A stretch of 64,000 bases of DNA from Nitrospiraceae bacterium (GTDB taxonomy: Bacteria > Nitrospirota > Nitrospiria > Nitrospirales > Nitrospiraceae), in assembly GCA_050246315.1 (NCBI GenBank), contig JBFWWG010000004.1, positions 160,001-224,000 of the forward strand, read 5' to 3'. How positions within the stretch are numbered: position 1 is the stretch's first letter; each line of letters begins with the position of its first letter. Shown piece by piece: positions 19,030-28,039 of the stretch. The position numbers were made by a program, and so were the translations under genes. Below the pieces are notes generated by a model. That model worked only from the letters and a program-made list of their open reading frames with translations, was not told the DNA's origin and searched no databases.

Positions 19030-19410
19030 ATGCCAGTCGAGCCGAACATGAAGATTCTGGTCGTAGACGACATGTCCACCATGCGCCGCATCACCAAGAA
19101 CTTTCTGAAGCAACTGGGGTTCAACAACGCCGAGGAAGCGGAGAACGGACAGGACGGCCTCGCCAAGCTGCGCGCTGAGAGCTATGGGTTTGTCGTCTCG
19201 GACTGAAACATGCCCGTCATGACCGGCATTGAAATGCTGCGGGCGATCCGGGCGGATGAGAAATTGAAAACGCTCCCCGTTCTGATGGTCACGGCCGAAT
19301 CCCAAAGGGACAATATCGGCGAGGCCACGCAGGCGGGAGTCAGCAATTATGTCGTCAAGCCCTTCACGGCCGGGACCCTGCAAGACAAGATGAACAAGAT
19401 CTTCCAGTGA
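19030..19410 (+). pseudogene. cheY: cheY with an in-frame nonsense codon
   Basis: [20 protein letters not shown]...VVSD-TGA(19204)-NMP...VTAE...YVVKPF; TGA replaces the Trp of DWNMP. Strong AGAGGAGGAG RBS. Confidence 0.92.
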
Positions 19411-19465
19411 GACGCAGGGCTAGTCCATCCGCGACAGCCCTGCCCAGACCGACGTGGAGGCTCCG

Positions 19466-20027
19466 GTGAGCGATCAGAATCGGAAATGGTATGAAGAACT
19501 GGGCGACCTGGCCCGTTATATCGAACAGACGATGCACGGCTTTCAGAACCTGCAACAGCCGATCGAGGCGGCATCGCACCAGCTCCCCCAGGCGACAGCA
19601 CACCTGTCGGACCTCCCCAAAATGAGCGAGGAGGCCACCCACAACGTGATGGGGCAAACCGAGGCCATTCAAGACAATCACGGCCGCCTGCTGGCAGCCT
19701 TGAACGGCGTCCTCGCCAGCCTGAGCCACGCCGGCATCGGCGGGCCGCTTTTGGACGACTTGGAGGCTATGCGACAACTGTTGAACGACGACGAGAAGCG
19801 GCTGATCGAAATCTTCACCGCCCTGTCGTTTCAGGATCTCCTGGCCCAGCGCGTCAATAAATTGGTGACCGTGCTGACTGATGTCGAACACAAGCTGCTG
19901 GAACTGCTCGTGATTTTCGAATCGCAACACTCCAATGGCCAACAAGGCGACCAGGACAAGACCGGCGACATGCTGAAGCGGCTGGAGACCTCCAAGACCA
20001 CTACCCTCAAACAGAACCTCGTAGACA
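19466..20027 (+). pseudogene. cheZ: cheZ-like phosphatase, 3' end truncated
   Basis: EEATHNVM, LSFQDLLAQR (DxxxQ); breaks at KQNLVD where the acidic/hydrophobic C-terminal CheY-binding tail should continue, then runs into MCP sequence. Confidence 0.8.
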
Positions 20028-20042
20028 CTGGAGGAAGAGCAC

Positions 20043-20618
20043 CCGGTCACGGAAGCCCAGACGGTCTTGAGCGCCGTCGCCCAAGGCGATCTCACGCAGC
20101 ACATGACCGGGACCTATCAGGGCGAATTGGACAAATTGAAAGTCAGTGCCAATACCGCGATCACGACCCTGCTGACCACGCTCACCACGGTCAGAGCGGC
20201 CGCCGAGAGTGTCAGCACCGGCGCCGAGCAGATCACCCGCGGCAATGAGGACCATTCCCAGCGGACAGCCGAGTAGACCAGCGCCTTGGAGGAAACCTCC
20301 GCCTCCATGCACGAGATGACCTCCACAGTGAAACAGAACGCGGACAATGCCAAACAGGCCAATCAGTCGGCCATCGCCGCCTGCGTCATCGCCGACAAGG
20401 AGGGGTGCCATCACCACCCGAGCCGTCAGCGCCATCGAGGAGATCAACAAGAGCAGCAAGAAGATCGCCGACATCATCACGGTGATCGACGAGATCGCCT
20501 TCCAGACCAACCTCCTGGCCTTGAACGCGGCAGTGGAGGCAGCCGAGCCGGAGAGCGCCGCCGCGGGTTTGCGGTCGTGGCGACGGAAGTGCGAAATCTC
20601 GCGCAGCGGTCGGCCACT
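20043..20618 (+). pseudogene. Methyl-accepting chemotaxis protein fragment
   Basis: HAMP-like AVAQGDLTQ, SQRTAE-TAG(20274)-[48 protein letters not shown]; one stop and two opposite frameshifts (~20400, ~20545). Confidence 0.88.
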
Positions 20619-20909
20619 ACGCGCGACCCGATCGCCGGCGTGGGTGGAAAGATCTATGAGAGGGCCATGGACGTTGGAGCCAACAACACTCGATGGGTCC
20701 TGGATTTCATGAGGCAGGAGGGCTTCGTCCCGGCGAAGATGGACCTCGGCGACGTACACCCCCACAAGGTGTACTTCTTCGCCCAGACCGGCCGGCTGCT
20801 GGTGAAGAAGATCGAACGGATCAAGAACGACACGATCTTCGCGCGCGAGGCGGAGCATCGGAAGCAACTGCAACGCGAGACGGAAGCGAGCGATGTCACG
20901 CTCTTCTGA
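20619..20909 (+). pseudogene. cheD: cheD fragment with an internal deletion
   Basis: RDPIAGVGG joined directly to [13 protein letters not shown]...DLGDVHPHKVYF...TGRLLVKK...DVTLF; the catalytic Cys and His segments are absent. Confidence 0.8.
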
Positions 20910-20945
20910 TCTCCAAACGGGCGGTCGATCAAGAAGCGAGGGCAC

Positions 20946-20993
20946 ATGGGGAAGATTCGCACCTTGATCGTCGATGACTCGCCCAAGAAATAG
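20946..20993 (+). pseudogene. cheB: 5' stub of cheB (start of receiver domain)
   Basis: MGKIRTLIVDDSPKK* with GAGGG RBS directly after cheD. Confidence 0.65.
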
Positions 20994-21014
20994 CGACCCG
21001 CCGAGCATGCCATG

Positions 21015-21770
21015 TCATCGAGTGGCCTTGATCGAGGCAGCGGGAATCGGTTGCGACGCTGGCGCATTGACAATTTGCTCGGTCAACTTTGCGGCTTTGT
21101 CCGGCCTGACCTGCGCCAATATGGCGCCCGCAGTCTTGCTCTTCACGGTCCGCAACACCTGCACGGCCATTGGAGACGGCATCTTCTCGATCCTGGCTGC
21201 CGCCTCTTCGGCCGGCATCCCTTCATACATCTTGGCAACGACGCCCAGTTTTGCCTGAGCCTCGGCCGCCTGCTGATCGCGAGTCTTGTTCTCCCGTTCC
21301 TGGTTCGTCTGTTGAGCCTGGCCCTGCTTCGTCTCGAAGGCCTGGACCGACGCTTCATAGCGTACTAACAGCTCCTCAAGGTCGGCCTTCAGATTTTCAA
21401 GCCGTTTCAGTTCGGCTCGCATTGCTTGCTCCCGGCGGTCCAGATAGCGTTTTCGTTGATCCAAGAGATCGAGCACCTCGCGGGGTACATCCACAGCCGG
21501 CCCCTGTACTCGTCGATCCTGGAGATCACTCTCTTTCGTCCCCACTTGTCCGCTCACCGGCATCCTGTCATCCGACGCGCTTGCGGGCGGCGACTTATCC
21601 GGTGACTCCGAAGCCGTCTCCGCCAAGCCGGCTGAGTCCGCCCCGATGCTCTGGACCGTGACTGCCAGGCAAGGCCCACTCGCGGCCAGGACGGACCAGA
21701 GGATCAATCGAACAACTCTCGTTCGGTTCGTCGGGCTACAGATCGGTGTCCCTCCCGGATCCCGTATCAC
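21015..21770 (-). CDS. MotE/YlxF-like flagellar protein (signal/TM, coiled coil, MgtE_N-like helical domain)
   Basis: LGVVAKMYEGMPAEEAAARIEKM....AVQVL...KSKTAGAILAQV.PDKAAKLT; GTGA overlap with the fliJ stop. Confidence 0.75.
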   Translation of the reverse strand: MIRDPGGTPICSPTNRTRVVRLILWSVLAASGPCLAVTVQSIGADSAGLAETASESPDKSPPASASDDRMPVSGQVGTKESDLQDRRVQGPAVDVPREVLDLLDQRKRYLDRREQAMRAELKRLENLKADLEELLVRYEASVQAFETKQGQAQQTNQERENKTRDQQAAEAQAKLGVVAKMYEGMPAEEAAARIEKMPSPMAVQVLRTVKSKTAGAILAQVRPDKAAKLTEQIVNAPASQPIPAASIKATR

Positions 21771-22198
21771 GTGGCGCCCCTCATCCACCGTCGCCCAGCG
21801 AGGTCGTCAAGTAGCCGTTGGTCGAGTCGTCGCTGAGCCTGCTGCCTTCGATTGGCCGCCCGCTTCATCACCAACTCGATCTTCTTTCGGTCTCGGACCG
21901 CCTCCGTCAGCTCCACTTGCTTTTTTGCGCGTCGCTCCATCGCCGAAGCCACCGCCCGCTCGACGTTGGTCACGGTCGCCTGAATCGCATCCCATTCGTT
22001 TACCCAACCCTGCGCGAGTCCCGCATGAGCCCCTCGTCGGACTTCCGTCACGAAGCGGTCCGCACTGTCATCCGCGATCTGTTGCCATTGCACGCGGACC
22101 TCGTTGACCTTCTGCACGGCCCGATCCAACTCCGCCAGCTCCATCCGCACGACTTCCTCGACCTGGACCCGGTATCGGTATAGTCGCAGCCAGCTCAT
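21767..22198 (-). CDS. fliJ: Flagellar export chaperone FliJ
   Basis: 143-aa coiled coil after fliI; LTEAVRDRKKIE...DQRLLDD. Confidence 0.8.
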   Translation of the reverse strand: MSWLRLYRYRVQVEEVVRMELAELDRAVQKVNEVRVQWQQIADDSADRFVTEVRRGAHAGLAQGWVNEWDAIQATVTNVERAVASAMERRAKKQVELTEAVRDRKKIELVMKRAANRRQQAQRRLDQRLLDDLAGRRWMRGAT

Positions 22199-23502
22199 CC
22201 CGGCTGTCCCGCCAATTGGATCAACGCCTCGACCGAGGCGGGAAAGCTGGCGCATTCGTCCTTCTCCTGCTTCAGATAGGCATGGATGGCCTCGATCATG
22301 CCGACGGCGCGGTCCAGTTTGGGATTCACGCCAGGTTTGTAGGCCCCCAGGGTGATCAGGTCTTCCGCTCGCTGATAGGTGGCCATCAATTCGACAACAG
22401 CGCGGGCCGCCGCATCATGCGCCGGCGTGATGATCCCGTGCATGACCCGGCTCGTGCTTTGAAGGACGTCAATAGCCGGATAGTGGTTCCGGGAGGCCAA
22501 ATCGCGGGATAGTACGATATGGCCGTCAAGGATGGAGCGAGCCGAGTCGGCGATCGGGTCGCTCAGATCGTCCCCCTCGACAAGGATCGTATAGAGGCCG
22601 GTCAGGGTTCCGCTGCCTTCACAGGTGCCGACACGCTCCAGCAGTCTCGGAAGCAGGGAGAACACGGAGGGCGTGTAGCCCTTACTGGTCGGCGGTTCCC
22701 CGATCGCCAGCCCGACCTCCCGCTGACCCTGGGCGAACCTCGTAAGAGAATCCATGAGCAACAGCACGTGCCGGCCTTGATCCCGAAAGTATTCGGCGAT
22801 AGCGGTCGCCAGGAAGGCTCCGCGAATCCGTACCAGCGGAGGTTGGTCGGACGTTGCGGCGATGACCACCGTGCGTTGCATACCGCCCGGACGGAGATCG
22901 CGCTCGAGAAATTCCTTCACCTCGCGCCCGCGCTCGCCGATCAGCGCAATCACGCTGACGTCCGCCACGACGTTCCGACTCAGCATCCCTAACAAAATGC
23001 TCTTCCCCACGCCGGCGCCGGCGAAGATGCCGATCTTCTGTCCCAGGCCGCAGGTCAGGAGTCCATTGATCGCCCGCACCCCAAGATCGAGCGGCTGAGT
23101 GATGCGCCGGCGATGGAGTGGATTGAGCGGCGCCTGATACAAGGGATACTCGCCCTCCGCCTCGATTGGTCCCTTTTCATCAAGCGGGTGTCCCAGGCCG
23201 TCCAACACACGGCCGAGCAGTTTGGGTCCGACCGTGACGGACGCTTGACGCCCCTTGGTCATTAAGCGACTGGCCGGACCGATGCCGTGCATGTCGCCCA
23301 ACGGCATAAGCATGATACGATCGCCGCGGAACCCGACCACTTCGGCCGTCAGCGGCGCCGAGCCGTCGTCGCGGGTGACTTCACACAACTCCCCGATGGT
23401 CGTGGCCGTCCCGTATCCTTCGAGGACAATCCCGGCTGCCTGGGCTATCCGCCCCTGCACCGTCAAGGGATCAAGCCCCTCAAGCAGGTCGATCCGCTTC
23501 AC
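22195..23502 (-). CDS. fliI: Flagellar export ATPase FliI
   Basis: GIFAGAGVGKS, IGERGREV, DSLTRFA, LDGHIVLSR; GTG start overlaps the fliH stop. Confidence 0.97.
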   Translation of the reverse strand: MKRIDLLEGLDPLTVQGRIAQAAGIVLEGYGTATTIGELCEVTRDDGSAPLTAEVVGFRGDRIMLMPLGDMHGIGPASRLMTKGRQASVTVGPKLLGRVLDGLGHPLDEKGPIEAEGEYPLYQAPLNPLHRRRITQPLDLGVRAINGLLTCGLGQKIGIFAGAGVGKSILLGMLSRNVVADVSVIALIGERGREVKEFLERDLRPGGMQRTVVIAATSDQPPLVRIRGAFLATAIAEYFRDQGRHVLLLMDSLTRFAQGQREVGLAIGEPPTSKGYTPSVFSLLPRLLERVGTCEGSGTLTGLYTILVEGDDLSDPIADSARSILDGHIVLSRDLASRNHYPAIDVLQSTSRVMHGIITPAHDAAARAVVELMATYQRAEDLITLGAYKPGVNPKLDRAVGMIEAIHAYLKQEKDECASFPASVEALIQLAGQPG

Positions 23503-24638
23503 GTGGTCTGCCCCTTCCTCAGGACCTCTGCCATCCTCGCCAATTGTCCGTCCAGCGTCGCATCGACACAATGAGTCGGCGTCTGGACCAGACAGCCGCC
23601 TGGCACAATGGCGGCATCGGTCTCCAACCGGATCGTCACAGGTCCGTCGCAGACAGCGGTCAACCGGTCGTGCACCGCTTCCAGCGTGGGCAGATCCCGA
23701 GGATGCATCAGTATCCGGATGACCGGACTCTCTCGAACCCGCAGCACGGCCTGCCTGGCCTGCTCGACGATCAGGTCCCGCTTCTCCGCAGCACAGTCGT
23801 GCACCACCTTGCAGGCGACCGTAAAGGCCAGCTCAACCGCTTCTGATTCGATCCGACCGGGTATTTCCGCACAGGCCTGGGCCAACCGGCGGACGGTTTC
23901 CACCAGGTACTGCTCCTGCTGCTTCGCCAGCGCGATTTGCGCCTCCGCGCGGCGCAGCCCTTCCGCCAAACCTCGTTCGTACTCTTGCGCGCGGCTTGAA
24001 GTCGCTCCCTGGGACTCGGTCCGGATCGCGTCTCCCCGCTCGTTCAGATCTGTCAGGCGGAAGGCGTTCAGGTGCACCCCTTGCATTTTGCACACCGTCT
24101 GCTTCAAGACCCGGTTCTCCTGACGGAGCCGTTGCACCTCGAGTACGCGCCGCACCGCCATGAGCACGTCGTTCGGTTTGAACGGTTTGGTAAGCATATC
24201 GGCTGCGCCCACTCTCATGGCTTTCACCGCCAACTCGACCGTGCCATGTCCGGTAACCATGATCGCAACCGCCTTGGGGTCTTGCCGAGTCACCTGTTCG
24301 AGCAGGGAAAGCCCGTCCATGTCGGGCAATCGGTAGTCCACCAGCAGAACGGAGGCCGGATGATCGGCGAGCGCTCGAAGGCCCGCCTGTCCGGTTTCAA
24401 CGGATCGCACGGCAAATCCGTTCTGCGTCAACAGCCGGGTCAGGAGCGTTCGAACGCCCTCCTCATCCTCGATGACAAGGACCTGCGTCGGCCCACCGCT
24501 CCAAGGTTGGGGTTCCTCCTGAGAGGCCGGTCCGCCGCCGGAGCGGAACGTTGAGAAGGAATCCTGTCGTCCGGATGAAGCCGTTACCATCTGTTCGCCT
24601 ACCTGATGCTTGTCGGCCGTTGTACCATCGGGAGTCAC
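23499..24638 (-). CDS. fliH: Receiver domain-FliH fusion protein
   Basis: REC (VIEDE, D101 in LLVDYRLP, T129, K151PF), coiled-coil linker, then FliH (YERGLAEG, IRILMHPRD, GGCLVQT..VDATLDGQL); occupies the fliG-fliI slot. Confidence 0.9.
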   Translation of the reverse strand: MTPDGTTADKHQVGEQMVTASSGRQDSFSTFRSGGGPASQEEPQPWSGGPTQVLVIEDEEGVRTLLTRLLTQNGFAVRSVETGQAGLRALADHPASVLLVDYRLPDMDGLSLLEQVTRQDPKAVAIMVTGHGTVELAVKAMRVGAADMLTKPFKPNDVLMAVRRVLEVQRLRQENRVLKQTVCKMQGVHLNAFRLTDLNERGDAIRTESQGATSSRAQEYERGLAEGLRRAEAQIALAKQQEQYLVETVRRLAQACAEIPGRIESEAVELAFTVACKVVHDCAAEKRDLIVEQARQAVLRVRESPVIRILMHPRDLPTLEAVHDRLTAVCDGPVTIRLETDAAIVPGGCLVQTPTHCVDATLDGQLARMAEVLRKGQTT

Positions 24639-25630
24639 ACCATAGCCTCGGCGCCCGCGCCTCCCACGACGATCTTGCCTTCCTCCTCCAATCTGCGGAC
24701 CGTCTGAAGGATCTTCTGCTGCGCCCGTTCGATGTCCGTCACCTTCGCCGGCCCCTTCGCTTCCATGTCTTCCCTGAGGCCCTCGGCCGCTCGGCTCGAC
24801 ATGTTCTTGAAGATCTTGTCCTTGATCGCATGACTAGCGGCACGGAGGGCGAGCGTCAGCTCTTCCTTCCCCACTTCTTTCAGCAATTCCTGAATGCCGC
24901 GATCATCGATCTTGATCAAGTCGTCAAACACGAACATGAGGGACCGGATCGTATCAGCCAGCGCGGCATCTCGTTCGGCCAGCTTGGCCATGATGGTCCC
25001 CCCGTTGGTCTTGTCCAACCGGTTGAGGATATCGGCTGTGACCTTCGTGCCGCCGATACTCATGGATTGCGGGCGGGAGCGATCTTGCAAGACTTCCTCC
25101 AACACGTCGCTCAAGTGTTGCAACATATCGGGCTGAACCTCGTCCATCGTCGCCAATCGATGCAGCGTGTCGCTCCGCAATCCCTCCGGCAGTAGCGCGA
25201 TGACCTGGCTTGCCTGTTCCGGGTCCAGATGAGCCAAGACCACCGCGATCGTCTGGGGATGTTCGACCCGTAGCAGAGTGGCCACCGTCTTGGCGTCCAG
25301 CCATTTCAGCGTGTCGATGCCCGGATAGGTTTCCGTGGTCAACGAACGCATCAACTGCGTGGCCTTCCCGGTGCCCAACGCCTTGTCCAGTACGGTCTTC
25401 ACATATTTCCTGCCCTCGACGCCGATCTCGCCGCCGGAGGCGGCCGCCTTGAAGTCCTGAATCACCTCATGCTCCTGCTCCTTGGAAATCGAAGACAGAG
25501 CTGCGAGGTGGGCGCCGAGCTTGCGAATTTCCGTGGGAGACAGATGCTTCATCACGGCAGCGGCGGCATCTTCTCCAATGGTCAACAGCAGAATCGCGGC
25601 CTTTTGCTCACCCGTGAGCCGGTTCGTCAT
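24635..25630 (-). CDS. fliG: Motor switch protein FliG
   Basis: KAAILLL, EHPQTIA, IGG, MFVFDDL, NMSSRAA. Confidence 0.97.
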   Translation of the reverse strand: MTNRLTGEQKAAILLLTIGEDAAAAVMKHLSPTEIRKLGAHLAALSSISKEQEHEVIQDFKAAASGGEIGVEGRKYVKTVLDKALGTGKATQLMRSLTTETYPGIDTLKWLDAKTVATLLRVEHPQTIAVVLAHLDPEQASQVIALLPEGLRSDTLHRLATMDEVQPDMLQHLSDVLEEVLQDRSRPQSMSIGGTKVTADILNRLDKTNGGTIMAKLAERDAALADTIRSLMFVFDDLIKIDDRGIQELLKEVGKEELTLALRAASHAIKDKIFKNMSSRAAEGLREDMEAKGPAKVTDIERAQQKILQTVRRLEEEGKIVVGGAGAEAMV

Positions 25631-25639
25631 GAAGACCCC

Positions 25640-27241
25640 TTATGCGTTGTTGTTGAGCCACTGCTTGACAACCAGTGCGGTGGATTCCGGATTGCTCTTG
25701 GCCATATCGAGAATCTGCGCGTGGTGGGACGCTCCGGGAAGGCCTTCGGCCCGTACCTGGCCGACAGGCATGGGGGAGTGGGGTGTCCCAGTCCCACCGC
25801 CTGCTCCGGCGCGCAGTCCCATCCTCGTCTCCGTATCGGAGGGAGCGGTCATCACCGCGATGAGCGGCCGGACGACAAAGAACAGGATGAGCAGAAACAG
25901 CACCGTGCCGACTCCATAGCGGACATATTGCGCCCACGACATCGGGCTGGAGGCGGCGTCAACGCTCGTGCCGGCGTCCTCCTCCTGACCGAATCCGAAC
26001 TGCGCATTCACCACCTGCACCTCGTCGCCGCGTTCTGCGTTGTACCCCATGGCTTTCTTGACGATGGCCTCGATCTGTTTCATCTCCTCCTCGGACCGGG
26101 GACTGTACTTCCTCGGCGCCTCTCCCTCCGTCACAGCCTGAGCGGTATCGCTCTTGACCATGTCATATCGGCCATCGACCAGCACGGCAGCGGACAGTTT
26201 CTTGACAGTGCCGATCGGTTCCACGATTTTGGAGACGGTCCGGCTGATCTCGTAATTGACGGTCTCGTTCTTGTTCTGGCTTGTGTTCGTGCTGGTCTGG
26301 GTCGGTTCTGCGTCTTTTCCGGGCGGCACATTGGACGCCACTCCCGGGACACCGCCCGACACTCCATTCGTTCCAGCCGACTTTTCCTGTGCCCGTTGCT
26401 CGCTCCGTACCACCTGGCCATTGGGATCGTATCGCTCCTCGGTCGTCTCGACCTGGCGAAAGTCCAACACACTCGAGACGCGCACCACCGCCTTATTCGC
26501 TCCCACGATGTGCTCCAACATGGTTTGGATGCGGCCTTCAATGTCCTTCTCGATCGTCCGCTGATATTCCAGTTGCGAATCCGTCAGTCGCGCGCCGTCG
26601 TCCTGCGACGACCCGGACAGCAATCGTCCATGCCCGTCTACGATCGTGACGTCTTGAGGTTGGAGCCCCTCCACGCTGCTCGCCACCAAGTGCACGATGC
26701 CCTGGATTTGCGCCTTGCTCAGCGACTGTGCTCCTCGGAGGCTCAGCACCACGGACGCGCGGGACCGTTCTTGATTGGCATTGAACAGTCGCCGCTCGGG
26801 AATCGAAAGATGAATCCGCGCGCGTTCGACCTCCGGCATCTGGGCGATGGTGCGCGCCAATTCTCCCTGCAACGCCCGCCGGTAGTTCACCTTCTGCACG
26901 AACTCTGATACACCCAACGACGTCCGATCGAAGATTTCGAACCCGAATCCACCGCCATGGGGCAGGCCCTGCCCGGCCAATTGGAGACGAAGATCGTGCA
27001 CCTGCGTGCTGGGCACGAGAATCGACGTGCCTCCCGCTCCCAGTTCGTAGGGCACCTTCATGTTCTTGAGCCGGTCCACGATGGAACCGGCATCATCAGC
27101 GGCAAGATTCGTGAAGAGCACCTGCATGTCCGGTTGCTGAGTCCAGAGGGCCACGGCGGCGAGACCGGCGATGGCGGCCGCGAGGGCAACCATGACCGCA
27201 AACCGTTGCGTGAGGGAGAGCGTGGCGAACTTCGCAAGCAT
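25640..27241 (-). CDS. fliF: MS-ring protein FliF
   Basis: GFEIFD, RALQGELARTI, ASSVEGL, two TM helices, VVKQWL. Confidence 0.97.
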   Translation of the reverse strand: MLAKFATLSLTQRFAVMVALAAAIAGLAAVALWTQQPDMQVLFTNLAADDAGSIVDRLKNMKVPYELGAGGTSILVPSTQVHDLRLQLAGQGLPHGGGFGFEIFDRTSLGVSEFVQKVNYRRALQGELARTIAQMPEVERARIHLSIPERRLFNANQERSRASVVLSLRGAQSLSKAQIQGIVHLVASSVEGLQPQDVTIVDGHGRLLSGSSQDDGARLTDSQLEYQRTIEKDIEGRIQTMLEHIVGANKAVVRVSSVLDFRQVETTEERYDPNGQVVRSEQRAQEKSAGTNGVSGGVPGVASNVPPGKDAEPTQTSTNTSQNKNETVNYEISRTVSKIVEPIGTVKKLSAAVLVDGRYDMVKSDTAQAVTEGEAPRKYSPRSEEEMKQIEAIVKKAMGYNAERGDEVQVVNAQFGFGQEEDAGTSVDAASSPMSWAQYVRYGVGTVLFLLILFFVVRPLIAVMTAPSDTETRMGLRAGAGGGTGTPHSPMPVGQVRAEGLPGASHHAQILDMAKSNPESTALVVKQWLNNNA

Positions 27242-27262
27242 AGATCAGACGGGCTCAGCAGC

Positions 27263-27565
27263 TCATATTTGCATCCGGTTCATTTCTTCGTAAGCCGCCA
27301 CCAGCTTATTGCGGACCTGCATCATCAACTGGAAAGACGCATCGGCCTTCTGCAACGCCACCATCGTCTGATGGACATTCTCGGTCTGGCCCGTCATCAG
27401 GGCATCCACCGCACGGCCGGCTTCCAGTTGCAGATCGTTCACCTGGCTGATCGCCGATTTGAGCGAATCCAAGAACGGTCTCCCACCCTGGCCTGCCAGG
27501 GCCGACGGGGCGGTGGCTTCATGGAGATTCGAGGGCGAGATCCCTGATATCGCGGTTGGGTCCAT
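27263..27565 (-). CDS. fliE: Hook-basal body protein FliE
   Basis: VHQTMVALQKA..SFQLMMQVRNKLVAAYEEMNRMQI. Confidence 0.95.
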   Translation of the reverse strand: MDPTAISGISPSNLHEATAPSALAGQGGRPFLDSLKSAISQVNDLQLEAGRAVDALMTGQTENVHQTMVALQKADASFQLMMQVRNKLVAAYEEMNRMQI

Positions 27566-27582
27566 CGCGTGCCTCCTCGCCG

Positions 27583-28032
27583 TTATCTGCCGATATCCAG
27601 CGCCCGATTCCACATCGCGCGTGTGGCATTGATCGCCTGCACATTTGCCTCGTAGGCTCGGGACGCGCCGATCATATTGACCATCTCTTCCATGACATTG
27701 ACGTTGGGCATGATGACGTACCCCTTGGCATTCGCGTCCGGATGCTTGGGATCGTAGATGGACTGCCCGGGCTTGAAGTCCTCAATGACACGCGCGACCC
27801 GCACACCGTGGGCGTCCCCGCCCGATCCGCCGGAGACTGCGCGATTCAGCGCCCGCTGAAACGGAGGCGCGACCGGGGTGGCTTGGAACACCACGTCACG
27901 CCGGCGATAGGGGCCGCCGTTCACCGATCTGGTCGACTGTGCGTTGGCAAGATTGCTCGCAATGACGTTGATGCGTCGGCGTTGCGCGTCGAGCGCCGAA
28001 ACCGAAGGAGCCAGACTGTCTGAAATGTCCAT
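27583..28032 (-). CDS. flgC: Rod protein FlgC
   Basis: VIASNLANA, GGPYRRR, YDPKHPDA, MPNVN, ASRAYEAN. Confidence 0.97.
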   Translation of the reverse strand: MDISDSLAPSVSALDAQRRRINVIASNLANAQSTRSVNGGPYRRRDVVFQATPVAPPFQRALNRAVSGGSGGDAHGVRVARVIEDFKPGQSIYDPKHPDANAKGYVIMPNVNVMEEMVNMIGASRAYEANVQAINATRAMWNRALDIGR

Positions 28033-28039
28033 GACGTGG

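Noticed and set aside
19204..19206. In-frame TGA in cheY as selenocysteine or an alternative genetic code
   Set aside because: The position is a conserved Trp, not Cys. TGA is a normal stop in many genes here, and the neighbouring che genes are clearly decayed.
19454..20248. 264-aa ORF as an extended CheZ
   Set aside because: After KQNLVD it reads MCP DNA in the wrong frame.
20286..20909. 207-aa ORF as a novel MCP-CheD fusion protein
   Set aside because: Its middle is out-of-frame MCP sequence between two compensating frameshifts, it begins just after a nonsense codon, and the CheD catalytic residues are missing. It is a deletion chimera.
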